A stretch of 63,994 nucleotides of DNA, filler included, from Diploschistes diacapsis (taxonomy: Eukaryota): assembly GCA_023645945.1 (NCBI GenBank). It is 7 parts of 7 records of this genome, joined end to end, with 100 filler letters (N's around TTAATTAATTAA, not from the genome) between each part and the next. Parts side by side here need not be neighbours in the genome. Positions count along the whole stretch, not along the records: positions 46,262 to 55,378 come from JALAIB010001071.1; positions 55,479 to 63,994 come from JALAIB010001138.1; 5 more parts are not named here. One strand, 5' to 3'. Positions within the stretch are counted from its first letter, which is position 1; the number at the start of each line of letters is the position of its first letter. Shown one piece after another: positions 50,280-63,837 of the stretch. A model generated the notes under the pieces. It was given only the letters and a program-made list of their open reading frames with translations. It had not been told where the DNA came from and searched no databases. Made by a program: the position numbers and the translations under genes.

Positions 50280-50560
50280 CCGAAATAAATATATATTTTA
50301 TTATTAGCCTTTACGCCCTTTTTGCGGGTCTTTTAAGTGATGTTTATTATAAGTTTTTTTACACTCACGTTTCTTTAAAAAAAATATCACCATTCGAATT
50401 AGAATTATTAGTTTAGTTTAGTTTTTATTATTTTCGATATTCTTTGCTTTAAATAAACCGTGCACGTATATTGAGATGTAGTGGGAAGATATAGAAAATT
50501 TAGAAAGATCGGCAGTGTTAATTCCGATAATTTATGTAATAGTGTTTATTTCGGTTAGAA
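50280..50560. repeat. AT-rich intergenic island, possible RIP-degraded repeat fragment
   Basis: Sharp local AT enrichment between the HET-C gene and kap114; no motif recognised. Confidence 0.4.
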
Positions 50561-51078
50561 TAACTGCCCCCGCTGAAATCTGCCCTGTCCCCTTTGGACC
50601 TTTGTGTTAATGAACAAGTCTAGTCATACCCGTCCATGGTCTCTAAGAGGAATTGCGCTGAGTCTTAACGAGCTGAGATTTCCTTTTCCCGCCTTCCCAC
50701 CACATCTACTTGCTCGAAAACTAAAGAGGGACATCTGCTTCCATGAATTGGAGAATACTCGTTTTTGGGCTACTGCTACCATTCTCAACTCAAAGTCAAA
50801 GAATATCACATCCTTCTCTCCAACAACACCCTCTTTCCTGGCCCAATGGGTATCTGACCTCCACCATGCCGTGCGCGAAATGCGAGGACCTTGCTATTAT
50901 CCGCGATGCAGAACGCTACAGTAACGTAGGCAACCGCGGCCTCCTGCTCCGCGTGGCCTCCCCTGGATCTAAATGCAGCCTCCCTCCACTCTTATGATGT
51001 CCCAATGTACTCCAAACGCTTCTTTACGGATGCAGTTTTTCTTCTCGTTCAATCATGATCACGAACCCTGCTGGCCAC

Positions 51079-54000
51079 TCAGAAAAGCCCCCGCTGACTC
51101 TCCCTCTTTTCCCATCCCGCCACAGCATCCATGCACCTTTTCTTCTCTTCTTCCGTCAATTCCGCATACAAGGCCTGGAACTGCGGATCCACACCCTCCG
51201 CGCTGAAGAATTCCATCAGCATCTGCTGCGTAGTGTCATCGGCCGACTTCGCCCCGAAGATCGACCCTAGGACAGACCCTGTGCTACCCTCGTCGTCACT
51301 CTCCCAAGATCCATCGGAGTTGCCTGTTCGCGCACCAATGCCAAGACCTGGTGACTTTAACGGCTTCCCGAACGCGGTGTTCGGGTCGCCGTAGGGTAGA
51401 AGTTCGGCGACTAGGTTTTTGAGGATTTTGAGAACAGCGGAAACACGGGTGAAGCGGATGGGCTGGTTCTTTGCCATCGAGCGGGTCTTGATGCGTGTGG
51501 AGGTGTCAGGTACTAGGTCGCCATTGCATTCGATTGCTGCGATGCGGGCGTCATGGGTTCTGTAGACGGCGATCAGAGCAGCGGTATTTTGACGAATTGC
51601 CTCGAAGCCCACGTAGCCGGTCGAGTTCTCGAGCCATTTGGTCATCACGACGGTCAGGGCATTTGTCGAGTGGATCGGCAACGTGGAGAGGAAGTTTATG
51701 ACCTCTGAAGCTGAGATGAGCGATAACCTTGCGAAGACGGACGTAAGGGACTGTATGAGCATTAGATGCTCGGCTGAGTACAAACGCTGGGCCAGCACAC
51801 GAATGAGTTCCTCCATCGAACCGCCCAATGCAGCAGCACCAGCCTGCTCAACAACAGAGTTTGCTAGCTCTCCTACTTCAGCCGCCGAGACTTCATCTAC
51901 GGTAGGGCCAAGAAGGTGGCCGATAATCATGAAACACATCTCGAGCCCATTCTTACCGAGCTGCGGGTCTATCCAGTTGAAGACTTGATCTTTATCGTTC
52001 GTGAGCATATTCTTGATCGCCAGTGTCGTGAGTTGCTTGACGTAAAAATCAGTGTCCGAGAAGATGATGCGACACAATCGAGGCATCGCTGCTGCAACGA
52101 AGCCTGGCGGAAGAGGCGTCCTGGCGTTTTGGGCGAGGAGTTTGAGCATATTTGCAGAGACGTCTGTAAGCGCAGTCTTCTCCTTAGTGGTTGGATCCTC
52201 CACATCAAATGCTGCCATTAACGAGGGCATGATCTTGAAACACAATTTAGCATAGTCCTCAGCTCCTTTCTTGGCCATTGCTTCCGTAACACACTCGAAT
52301 GCCTCGTCGATGAGAATGGCACTGTGGTCGTCCCTAGCAGCACCGTACTTTACCATCATGATCAAGACATCGAGAGCGTTGTGGTCAAGACATGTGGCGG
52401 GATTCGCCATTATGGTATCGCGCAGTGTTTGCAAGACAACATCAATCAAATCGGCGTTTTCATCCATGTCCCCAAGGTTCTGGGAGGAAAGAAATTTCGC
52501 GATGGAGTTGACGACTTGTGGTTGCATCTCTGTACTCTTCGAGCTTGGTAACGTCGTGAGATAGTCACGCATGATTCGGATGCATGCAGTCTTGACTATA
52601 TCGCTGTCATCGTTCTCTATGGCGCTCAACGATCGATGAGCGGATCTCAGAACGAGGTCAACATCTTCGTCGTTGCCTGACCCGCCCAACCAGGCCACTA
52701 AAATGGCAGCCACAGTGATGTGGCCTCGCGCTCTGAGCAATTCATGGACTATTGTACTTTAGCTGTGTTTGTTGTCACGGCCGTCAGACTTACAGTCGCT
52801 CATTGCAGTTTCGGCGAATTCCAACGATAGGCGAACGGCATTTGGGTCGGCTGTCCGATTCTCATTCTCAAACTCTTCAGCTACCTGTTGCAACGTGTAG
52901 AGGGCAGCTTCTTTCTGTCGCCAGCTGCGCAATCGTCAGAATCAAATTTGGCCTTTAAGCTAGGAACAGGTGCCTCTTACGTTGCATTGCTATCCTCGAA
53001 TATCATCTTGATATAGCCAAGAAGACTTTCAAGGGTCTGCGCAGGTAACCAGTTACAAATCTTCCAAACAAATCCGGCGCAGGCGCTCCTTGGTGAGTTG
53101 TTCGTCTCAGCGAAGGTCTCTTCGCTTAAGAATACGTTGAAGTCGATGCTCCACATCTCTTCCGCTTCCTTCGTGACGTTAGAGAAGGTAACCAACGTAC
53201 CTAGGACTGACGATAGCCACTCGGCAACCGAGCCGCCACTGGACGCAGTGTCAGCAGCTATCATGGCATCCAGCTGTTGCTTGACTTGGTTTGCTTCTAG
53301 CAGGGTCTGTAGGTAATCTATCTCCTCGATGACAAGGAAATCAAGGGTGTACTGCAGCTGGTACTGGTTGATCAGCCCGCCCTGTCTTTCGCCATCGATG
53401 TAGGATACATAGTAAGGGACGCCATGAGCCTGTATCGAATCCCAGCAAGCCTTGAAGAACTCGTGCGATGCCATCAAATGCGGGAATATGGTTTGAATTC
53501 TGGCTAGTGCCTGCGTTGTGTGAGCCATCGACTTGGGATATAGTAGACTAGTAGACTCCTCACCAGTATGATTTGCACCTTCAACGCGACTACACCACGC
53601 CAGTTAGAGGCTATTTCTGAATTAGGGTCATCATCCTCGTCCACTGACGGGAGCTGCGGCATTGGCTCCTTGACCACACGAAGGAAGAACGGACTCCAAG
53701 AGTCGCAAAGTCCTTTTGCGAAATGTGTGATGCCATGCTCATCCTTATCCTTCAGATTCTCTAAAAAGTCGAAACAGGAACGGAATACATTTGTGGCATG
53801 TGCTCGCACCATGAGCTTCCTGCTGCCATTCGTTGCAACGCCATGCAACACGTTGACCAATGCAGTTGCATACTGGTAGAATTGGTCTTCGTCCAGACCG
53901 TTCAGGATCAGCTCGCCGAGAACAATAAGAATTGCTTGAATTTGGTCATCGGTGCCTTGGCCGATGTGGTTCAAGAGTGACTCCAGAAGGCCAGGCCACT

Positions 54001-54376
54001 CTTCTGGAAAATCAGATTTCGCTATGACAGCGATGACATTACCGGTTATGGAAGAGATCTTGGATTCGGTCTGTCCGTCGTACACAATGCTGAGCAGGTG
54101 ATTTCGCACCTGCTCCTTAATCTGGTCCGATATCAATGTACTCCCCGCGTAATCCTCGAGCGACGGTGACCATGCAACATTGACAAAGTTTTTGAGGCTG
54201 AGCAGAGCCGCCAAACGGTCCTGCACAGGTATATCCTGATGGGTGCCGATGGTGACTAGAGCAGCCGGGAAAGCCTCGTTATTATACAATTTCTTTAGCT
54301 CCTCCTCTGCAGCCGTCCGAGGTTGGGCCGCAGAGAGCTGCGACGCCTTCAACAGATGCAAGACCTGCTGCTCCAT
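51079..54376 (-). CDS. KAP114: Importin-9 / karyopherin
   Basis: IBN_N-like start (MEQQVLHLL...AAEEELKKL), DFPEEWPGLL, DFNVFLSEET, LLRARG, VSAAEVGEL and RIKTRS; three introns. Confidence 0.88.
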
Positions 54377-54730
54377 AGTTCCCACAAGTTCCCACACTTT
54401 TCCCACTTTGATCCAAGTACGAAGTTCCCCCAATGGTAAACGCCTAGTAATCTAAAATCTTTGGTGGAAAGAGGAACACGAACGGGGTTTAATACACCAC
54501 TATGATACTGTGATTGACAGTCGGGCTTGCCAATCGATGAAGTGTGGCGTCAAGGCCGTTGAATCCTTGGCCTTCTCTGTGTGGCTACGACGAGGCGTGT
54601 TCTAAGGTATGTAGGGCGGATGCAAACTTTTCTACCCAAACAACGCTGTGTTCATCAGATGCTATGATAATCCGGTGTACAGCGACTACCGAGTTGCATT
54701 TCTGTAGCAACTGAGCCGAGGCAGCCAGGA

Positions 54731-55378
54731 ATGGCAGAACAAGTTCTGGAGAACTACATCAGTGTGGTGGGCTCCTTCGTCGAATTCCTAACGGTCGCCG
54801 TCCACCTGATCCTCTACGAACGCAATGTCTATCCAAGAGAGTCGTTTATGAGCGCGCGGAAATACAACTATCCCGTCCAGCAAAGCCGGCATCCGGCGAT
54901 CTGCAAGTGGATTGACGATGCCGTTGCTGCGGTCCGGTCGGAGATGCTCAAGGTTGGTCACATATGCGGGGTTCTCATAGCTCCCAAGATGTTGGCTTCA
55001 GTTCGCCCCTTTGATTCGGGATGAAAGATGAAATGGCGACTTGGGGTTCATGGATAAATAGCTTTGAGCCCATATACACAAAGAACTTCTTTAAGCCACA
55101 ATTCGTCAGCACGTGAGGTGGTGGCGCCCTGCACTTGCCGACATCGGCGCGATACAGCAGAAGATGCAACCGCTATAGCATCCACCACTCTCACAGAACA
55201 AACAAACAATCACTAACACCTCCCAGGCCACAGTCGCCTCCACCTCCCTAATAATCCTCTCGCCTACTCAAGTGCCGCTGGAGCGCTACGTCTTCTCCAC
55301 CACCTCCTTCCCCGCCGTCGACCCCAAAGAAATCTACACCTCCTTCTCCTACCCCTCCTCTACCACCACCACCACCAC
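54731..55378 (+). CDS. REV7: HORMA-domain DNA polymerase zeta subunit; 3' truncated
   Basis: EFLTVAVHLILYERNVYPRESFMSARKYNYPVQQSRHP; intron 54953-55226; then ATVASTSLIILSPTQVPLERYVF. Confidence 0.88.
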
Positions 55379-55478
55379 NNNNNNNNNNNNNNNNNNNNNN
55401 NNNNNNNNNNNNNNNNNNNNNNTTAATTAATTAANNNNNNNNNNNNNNNNNNNNNNNNNNNNNNNNNNNNNNNNNNNN
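55379..55478. other. Artificial contig-joining spacer
   Basis: 44N-TTAATTAATTAA-44N. Confidence 0.99.
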
Positions 55479-55916
55479 CCCCCAGCGTTCCCTCCCCTTA
55501 GCATCGACGAGCCAACAAGCCAAAAAACATCATCGGGCGGAAGCCGCTGCCGCTCGGAAGGAACTCCAAAGTTAACACAAGTAACGTTCTTTTCTCAATT
55601 TGTTGACCAGCTCCAGCTCCTGTCGCCAAGCTCATTCTCGTTCTCGTTCTTTCATCCACCCAGCGCCCCTCTCTCCTTTCCTCCTTTCCTTCCTTCCTTC
55701 CCTCCTTCCTTCCTTCCTTCTTTTTCGCCCCTTGCCCAATGCTCCCCTCCCCGCTACGGGGGTGTTCATGCCTCCTTCAAGCCAAGAAGAAAAGCCCGCG
55801 AGCAAGCTGCATACATAGCTAGGTTTTCACGTTCGTTCTAGCATTTCCTTTTCTCCCCATCTCCTCTTCCAAACTTTATCTTTCACCCCTTGCCCACTTG
55901 CCACCAATCCATCCCT

Positions 55917-57744
55917 TCAATGAATGCCCCCGTCGTCGTCGTCGTCGTTGTCGTCGTCCGGCCTACCCATCTTCGAGTCTGGACTGTTGCTGATCTTCCA
56001 GAAGGCCGTCGGACCCACCGGTCCTTGGGGATCGTAATCCCTGCGCCCCCAGAAAAAGTCCTGTTAGCGCTGCGCTCGTGCCCGTGCATCTTTCACCGAA
56101 CACGATCACGAAATCCAATGAAACACAAAACCCCCAAAAATGAAGGAAGCAGACTTCGAGTCGGGAATAAGAAAGCTCGAAAAAGCGCGGAAAAACACAA
56201 GAGAATAAAAGAAAAAAGAAAAAACCCACTTATCAAACCAAGACCCCACCACCCCCCTCGCGCTCCTTCTACCTCCCAGCTGCACCCCCTCGCTCCTCCA
56301 CCTCGTCTCGCCATGGTACACGCTAAACGTCGTCCACCGCACTTCCCCCTCGCGTGTCGTCCGCACCGTGCCCTTCACATTCGCCGTCGCGTTCGCGTCC
56401 CAGTACGCGTAGCGCGGCCGCGAAACGCCTGCGAAGTGCACGACCGGCGTGCCTGGCGCGTCACCCGGCCCGGCAGCCTCGCGCCCCGTCACCTTGACGT
56501 GCATGACGATCATCCGAATTGCCTCGTCCGTATTCAGCGGCCACCGCGGCTCCGAGGGGTCCAGCAAGGGTGTGTCCTCGGGCACGAAGCCGAAGTTGTA
56601 CGTGTACAGCTCGCTGTAGTCGAGGAAGCAGACGGCGCGCATCCAGGTGCCCGTTATGCCGTAGGGGTCTGAGAGCTGGGGGCTTTCTTTCTCGGGCTTT
56701 TGGTTTTTTCCAGAGGACTTGTTGTCGTTCGCGTTGTCGTTGGTGTTGAGGGAGATGTGGGCGGTGTTGGGGCGGATGGCGGGAGCCGCGGGGTGTCGGT
56801 GTTCAGGGGAAGGGCTGGACGGGAAGGTGGAACCGCTGGGAATGGACATGTATTCGGCGGGCGGGTATAGGACGAGCGAGTCCGGCGCCATCCCGGCGAA
56901 GGGCCGCGACCACAGGGGTTGGATGAAGATGTTCTGGAAGATGCGGCATAGGCGCAGGTTGTGGTTCAGCACTATCATGATGGACTCCATCATCTCCCAG
57001 TCTACCGTCTCGGAGCCGTCCTTGGAGAAAGGGCCCCACATCGTTTTGTCGGTGTAGTTGCGTAGATCGTAGACCCGGGAGACGGCATAGGGGTAGATAT
57101 CCTCGCCGCTGCCGGAGACTTTGGAGTCTTCGATAGGGGCACCATATAGGCAGTGAAGCTTGGCGCTGTGTAGTTGTCGTTTGGTAATTGAGTCCAGGTC
57201 CGGCGCTTCACCACGCGCGCGAGCGAAGAGAGAGGAGCCGCACATGAAGATTCGCAGGTTCTCGGGATTGTTGAAGAGCTGCCGGAGCTTGAAAAGGTTG
57301 CGTGACTTCTCGTCATTGGCCGGTGAGGCGTTGCGGGTGAGCGATTGGACGCAGTCAGCAACGAATTCGATTTGTTCGCCCTGCAGATTGATCAGTATTC
57401 GGAGGGCCGCACAGGATTGTCGTGCAACCACCAACCTTCAACGCAGCGTCATCCGACGCTAGCACCTCCTCGAACTTCTCGTACTGCAGGAGATCCCTCT
57501 GCCATTGTCCACTCCTGACATCCCGCGCGACGTTGTCCTCCTGGTTGTCAGTGGAGGCACCATGCTAGAAAACGATAACCATTACGTATTTGCTAAGATA
57601 CATCTCCCTGTAAAGCAGGGGGTTGTCGAGGAGAATGCGCTCGAGAGCTTTGCTACATCGTGAGAACTGAACAAGCAAGCTAGGCTCGCAATGCATGAAT
57701 ATCAGATTGAGCACCTCGTAAGGCAGATCGAGTAGGTGGACCAT
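55917..57744 (-). CDS. Fungal F-box domain protein
   Basis: N-terminal LLDLPYEVLNLIF..LVQFSRCSKAL F-box; body SAKLHCLYG, SRVYDLRNY, WGPF, DPYGITGTW, RWRSEGVQLGG; last exon DYDPQGPVGPTAFWK; three introns. Confidence 0.85.
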
Positions 57745-58651
57745 ATTATCAGGTGTTCCCAAGAATGTGCTGCTCCAGGGTGCTACGTAGGACAATAGAG
57801 AAGGAGTGAAGAGCCACTATACATTAAGAATCTTAGAGTTATCTAGTAGTGTTAGTCTAGGCTAATAGGCAAGATCACCAGAGGCCATGCCCCCCTCCTG
57901 AAACTGAGACTCGAAACAATGATGAGAATGGTTAACTCCGCATAATTGCGCTCTCTTGCGGATTTAGGGGTTGTACCCAAGTTCTGTTTTTTTGCCTGTG
58001 CCTTCTGTCACCTTCAACATCATTCGAACGATTGCTTTCTGCAAGCTTAAGTCAGTTTTACTAAGAGGCAAAAGCTGATTGCTATAATACAGTGATGATT
58101 CGACCGGACCACTGAAAATCACTCGTCGACCTCCGCTATGTGCTTAGCCTCTACCCTAAAGTCCGGTCTGCAACCACACCCTGCAACATCAAGCTCAGAT
58201 TGAGTATACACCGCTCTAACGGTATGCATCAGAGCCACGTCAGGCGTCGATCTCAATCTCCGAAACACTGGACAAATAATCAAAGACTATGACAGCAGAG
58301 AGCTTCATGTCGGTACGACACAAAGTCCAGCCAAGGCTTGCGAATCCCAACACAACGGCGTCTCGATACTGTTCATCGTTCCCGCTCAGGAGCATCGGGT
58401 GGTCTTCCTGCAACTCGTCAGTTTCCCTAACGCCGCACAAGGGTATATCCACTAACCACCCAAATCCAACTCACGTTGAAGCGAAAGGCGACGATATCTC
58501 GCACTTAGTATGCACAGAATCCTACTTTCCACGAGGATCCGCATCGTACCACAGTTGTGGGAACATGCGCTTCGCTCTCAATCCTTTAGCAAGGCGACGT
58601 TGATCATTAATCCACAAGCAGTTCTCCCAACGGTTACAAGAGCTGCGATGC

Positions 58652-60034
58652 TCATTTGCCTTCAGTATATACATGCCAGCCATCGGCGTCATCGCTCTTT
58701 GCCTTGCCGAGGTCGAACCATCGCTCTGCAAGCTGAGTGCCGTTCTGCGTCGGCTGGCTGAATGCGACCATCTTCTTTGGCACTTGAATGCCATAGAAGT
58801 AATGTGAGCACGCCTTGTTCAGCAGTGTCAACGCTATGCCTTTCCGACGATGCGACTTTGATGTCCATATACGCGAAATGCCCAGCAGCATCGGAGTGAT
58901 TGACGGCTCAGTGGTAAGGGAGCCCTTTGGATTGTCGCGCGCCTTGGATACTACTCTCGAAGCAGACCGTATCCGCTCCGCCAGACATAATCCGACACAT
59001 TTATCGCCAATGCAGTAGAGAAATACTTTTCCTCCCTCCTCAGTGTTTATAATAGCGGTTTTCATATTTCCCTTTCCTCTCAGCTCTGCTTTTTCTTGTA
59101 CTCCCCATAGTTGTGCATCTTCGATCTCTACAGCACCCAAATCTGTCTTGACCACGTCCATCACTTTCCGCACTCTTTTCCTGATAGAAGCGCTGCTCCT
59201 ACCATCCACAAGCACCACGCTTTCACCTTCGTCCAGCCACTCCAGAGCTCCAACCTCTTTCACAAACCCCTTTCCAAGATCGACGCCAGCGATGTTCAAT
59301 CCGTGGAAAATCTTGTGCAATGCGGCATCTTCTTCGTGAGATGGGACATATTCCATACCGCAGCCTTTACACGTCTTCCGCACTTCGCCTCCTAGATCGA
59401 TGCGCATCTGTGTGAGACGCTGTTTCTTTGGCGGTGGCAGGAGCTTTCGCACATGTGTCGCGTTCGATCCGATTTCTGAGAGGGGCATGTCGGCATCGGA
59501 ATCAGCATTGTCTCGTTTTCGTTTCCGGTTGAGGAAAGAAAAGGTAGGTTTGCGTGCTTTGAGATGCGATACGAGTGGACGCTGCTGGGGGTTTGGCGGC
59601 GAAGATGGCGGAGAGAACATGTTCTCGGGCTCATCATCAGAAAATGGATTTGAAGCCGACGATAATGGGGAGGAGTTGGGTTCTGCTGCAAGGGCAGGTT
59701 TGGGTGTGGTTGCCCTTGATCGTTTCTCCACTTCCTCTTCTTGCGCTCTTGCGGGCTCGGGAAGCGAGACTGATTCTGGAGTATCTGCCCGGACTCTATC
59801 TTCAACAACATGGCCAGTTGCGCCCATCCGATATACGACTCGGCCTGCTGAGTCCTTCGACGGAGTCCACCGTCGGTTGGGACGCCGTGCGTATGTCTTC
59901 ATGACACCTCTAGAATCCAATTAGCTATTGAACGCGCACGTACAGCAGTTCAAACATGACACATACCTCTTGAATGAATTAGATATACCGTAGGGCATCG
60001 TGTTCTCTTCGTTCAATGTTTGGAGGTCGGACAT
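58652..60034 (-). CDS. ECO1: Cohesin acetyltransferase Eco1/Eso1
   Basis: PIP-like QMRIDLG, zinc finger CKGCGMEY...HKIFH, acetyltransferase LGISRIWT..HRRKGIA and VAFSQPT. Probable exon 1 MSDLQ...SFKR (60034-59967) with a GTATGT..GCTAAT..TAG intron; an alternative ATG lies at 59902. Confidence 0.92.
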
Positions 60035-60261
60035 GATGATACTGGGTACATGAATAATACAAAAGGATTATAGAAAGGGCTGGCTGAGTGACTGACGCGC
60101 GGTCAGACAGACGCGCTGCGGGGAGGGACGCGTTGTAGCTACAGCTGTAGTGCCAAGACTCAAAGCCCTTGGGCGTGTTTCGAGGTCTTGGCGCGTTGCT
60201 GTCTTCTAATGAAGAGATATACAAAGCTTCGTAGCATCACTCCTCTCAGCTAGAAAGAAGT
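60035..60261. promoter_or_regulatory. Putative bidirectional promoter with clustered MCB boxes
   Basis: ACGCG at 60095 and 60111, ACGCGT at 60128, and CGCGT at 60192, between the divergent eco1 and chl1 genes. Confidence 0.65.
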
Positions 60262-63174
60262 ATGCGACCAGATAAGAGTATATTTCATCATCCGTTCAAG
60301 CCGTACGACATCCAGATCGAGTTTATGACTGCTTTGTATGACTGCATAGAAAACAAGCAGGTTGGCATCTTCGAATCCCCCACAGGCACGGTAGGTCCAC
60401 CGGGTTCTCCTTGACTACAGTAGGCATAAGGGCCCTGCAGGCCATTTTGCTTGCGGTCCGAACGTCTCATTGTTGTTTCATTTCTTGTACAGGTGTCTAA
60501 TTCAAAGGGGCTCAGGGCAAGTCGCTCAGCCTCATCTGTGGTGCATTAACTTGGCTTCGACACCGACAGTTGATCTCATTTGCCGAGAACAGTGATACAG
60601 AGGATGGTGGATCGCTTCCACGTGGCGTCAGCGGCAGTAGCTGACGAAAGCATAGCTGATCATGAGCCGCAATGGATCCGGGAACACGCTAAAGCTGGGA
60701 GGAGGGAGGCTTTCCTGGAGAAGAGGCAGGCGCTCGAGAGCCGCTTGGAACGACTTCGAGCGAAAGAGCTCCAGCAGAGAAAGCGTTACGAGAGCGGAGA
60801 ATCTTTTCCAAAGCGTGCCGTGTGTCTCATGCCTTCCACTTTTGGAAGTTTCTACTGAGTCTCTATCATAGAAGATTGCAGATGGGGCTTCAAGGACTTC
60901 CAAACCTGACGATGAAAGCGAGTTTCTGCTCGACGATTACGAAAGCGACGATGGACAGAAACAACATGGACGAGAGGACAATGCTAGTCTTGACTCAGGG
61001 CTTTCCGGCCACAGTTTTGATCTAGCAGTCCGGTGAGTGTTGATTTCAAGCCATGTGCAACACCATCTGAACTTGAGCTTAGACTAGGCTTAGTATCGGA
61101 GGCAGAGACAGAAGAAGATGATCCAGAAGAATCGATCAAGGTCTTCTATTGCTCGCGTACTCATTCGCAGCTAATGCAATTCGCGAGCGAGGTGCGGCGC
61201 GTCAAAATCCCCTTCGCAGAGGTCGGAGATTCTGCCGGCACAGAAGAAGACCAAAACCCACAGATCGAGGAGATCAAGCACCTAGCTTTAGGCTCGCGTA
61301 AAACTCTCTGTATTAACAAAGATGTCAATAGACTTGCCAACCCAGTCGCAATCAACGAGCGCTGCCTCGAGCTACAGCAAAGTAAGACACCCTCAAATAG
61401 GAAATGCGCTTTTCTACCTACCAAGGACAACGAGCCGCTCGTTCATCAGTTTCGGGACTTGACGCTCGCCAAGGTCCGCGACATTGAGGATCTTGGCGAC
61501 CTTGGTAGCAGAATAGGTATCTGTCCGTATTATGCGTCTAGAGCGACTATTAAGCCAAGCGAAGTAAGTTCCCTGCTGTCGGTAACGATAAGGTCGTAAC
61601 AGACTTAGGTCGTTACTCTCCCTTATCCTTTGCTCTTGCAAAAATCCTCTCGGGAAGCTCTGGACATAAGCCTCAAGGATCACGTCGTCATTATTGATGA
61701 AGCGCACAACCTGATGGACGCAATCTCAGGCCTGTTTTCAGTTGAGATATCGTTGACGGAATTGAGAAAGTCTCGTGCACAAACTGGTATCTACCTTCAA
61801 AAATTTCGGAACAGGCTGAAGGGAAAGAACCGAGTATATGTCACTCAAGCCGTGCGGCTAATAGACTCCCTTGTTGGCTATCTCGAAAAGATCAAGGAAC
61901 AAGTAAAGTCTAGTGAAGGCCCAGTGAGCATCGTAGACCTCTTGACAGGTAAAGGTGTCGACCAGATTAATCTTTACAAGCTGTCGAAGTACCTTCAAGA
62001 GAGCAAGCTTGCCCGAAAAGTCGACGGCTATGCAATCCATATCGAAGAAAAGCAGCTTGCTAAACCGAGTGCACCTACAACACCTACATTAACTAAGGTC
62101 CAAAGCTTCTTTCAGTGTCTCACATACCCTGCGGCTGAGGGACGTTTCTTCTTTTCAAAGACTGTCAACGAGGATGTCGTTTTGAAATACCTGCTGCTTG
62201 ATTCCACCAATCATTTCAAGGAAATTGTCGAAGAAGCACGAGCTGTGATCTTGGCGGGAGGGACCATGTCACCTGCAAGTCTCCCAGTCTTCTTGACAGA
62301 CGTTGCTAAGCTGTAGTAGATGGAAGATTATAAGCTGCATTTGTTTCCATATCTTGATTCGGCTCGACTCAAGACTCTTAGCTGTGGTCACGTCATTCCG
62401 AAGGAAAATCTTATCGTGTGGCCCCTTTCCAGGAGCTCAAATGGAATTGACTTTGACTTTACTTATGAAAAGAGAAGTCTCCCGGTTGTCATCAATGCTC
62501 TGGGTGTAGCGCTCCTTGAACTTGCCCGGGCAATACCTGACGGTCTGGTCGCCTTCTTCCCCAGTTATGCGTATCTTGAGTTGGTGATTTCTGTATGGAA
62601 AAGGCATCAATCATCTAAACCATCTATCTGGGAGCAGCTTCAGAAACTAAAGCCGATCTTTGAAGAGCAAAAGGGAACAACAAGTGTCGATGATGTCCTG
62701 GAACAATATTCTGCAGCCATCAACGGAAAATCTGGCGGCAAAGGCGCTTTGCTCCTTTCTGTCGTTGGCGGCAAAATGTCGGAAGGCATCAACTTCTCCG
62801 ACCGTCTTGGACGCGGAGTTGTTATTGTCGGCCTGCCTTTCCCCAACATTCAGAGCCCAGAATGGAAAGCGAAACTTGAATATACCGAGCAGCAGACAGT
62901 TTCTCGAGGAGGCAGTGTTGCAGAGGGGAAGACTGCGGCGAGGGCCTTGTACGAAAATGCGTGCATGAGGGCTGTCAATCAGAGCATTGGCCGCGCGATC
63001 CGACACCAAGCTGATTACGCTGCCATTGTAATGCTTGATCGCAGATACCACGCTCAAAGGATTCAGGAAAAGCTACCGACATGGATCAGGAAGGGGCTAG
63101 TGAAAGATGCGGCAGCAAAGGAGTTCGCGCAGGCAGTAGATAGCATCCGTTGCTTTTTCGGAGCGAAGAGGTAG
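60262..63174 (+). CDS. CHL1: Fe-S DNA helicase Chl1/DDX11
   Basis: [20 protein letters not shown] (Walker A split by an intron), [36 protein letters not shown] and [10 protein letters not shown]; several introns. Confidence 0.96.
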
Positions 63175-63837
63175 CCATTCAGGGTTTTATAGAAGGCTTA
63201 GCTTCGGTACAAAGCCTCATGAGGCCGGTTCCTTCAGACATTCCGGAGCTTTGGCGGGAACTTTCGTCTACCCATAACGATCTATAGGAGAGCTTTGGTT
63301 TTTTTTTGATAAATAGCTGCAGAACAACGTTTCCTGCAAACATCCAGAACCAAATGAGCCTCACAGGATTACCCTTCTACCCTACACATCGATCATTAGG
63401 TTTTCCAGTGACCAAATATCCTGATGGGCTGTCTCGTCCTGTCTTATCTCCTTTTCTCGGGCTGCAACCACTATCGATTAGCCGTAAGCTTCGCCTACTC
63501 AGATACGCCTAAGGCATTGGAGAGACTCCAAGATGTCAATAGCCACGTCATACACATAAGTCATTGCTCACAATTTCGCTGCGCTCCTTCTCGCTCACAG
63601 CTGGATCTTGGATTCCTCCTCTCCTCTTTTCTGCCTTTTTTCTTTTCTCAGTTCGACATATCCCCTTCTAGCGCATGCGTACCATGAACATCTCGGTTCA
63701 TACCTGCTCGTTGCGAGAAGTCTCTAAGCCCCTATATCCCATGTGACCAGTACAAACCCGCCGTGCATCATGCTTGCAAACCAAGGCATCAGCAATAATA
63801 GAGGGCGCCAGACAGAAACCTCGAATCACGTCTCAAT

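Noticed and set aside
58240..58452. 70-aa minus-strand ORF downstream of eco1
   Set aside because: Non-ATG start, no recognisable domain and no splice support.
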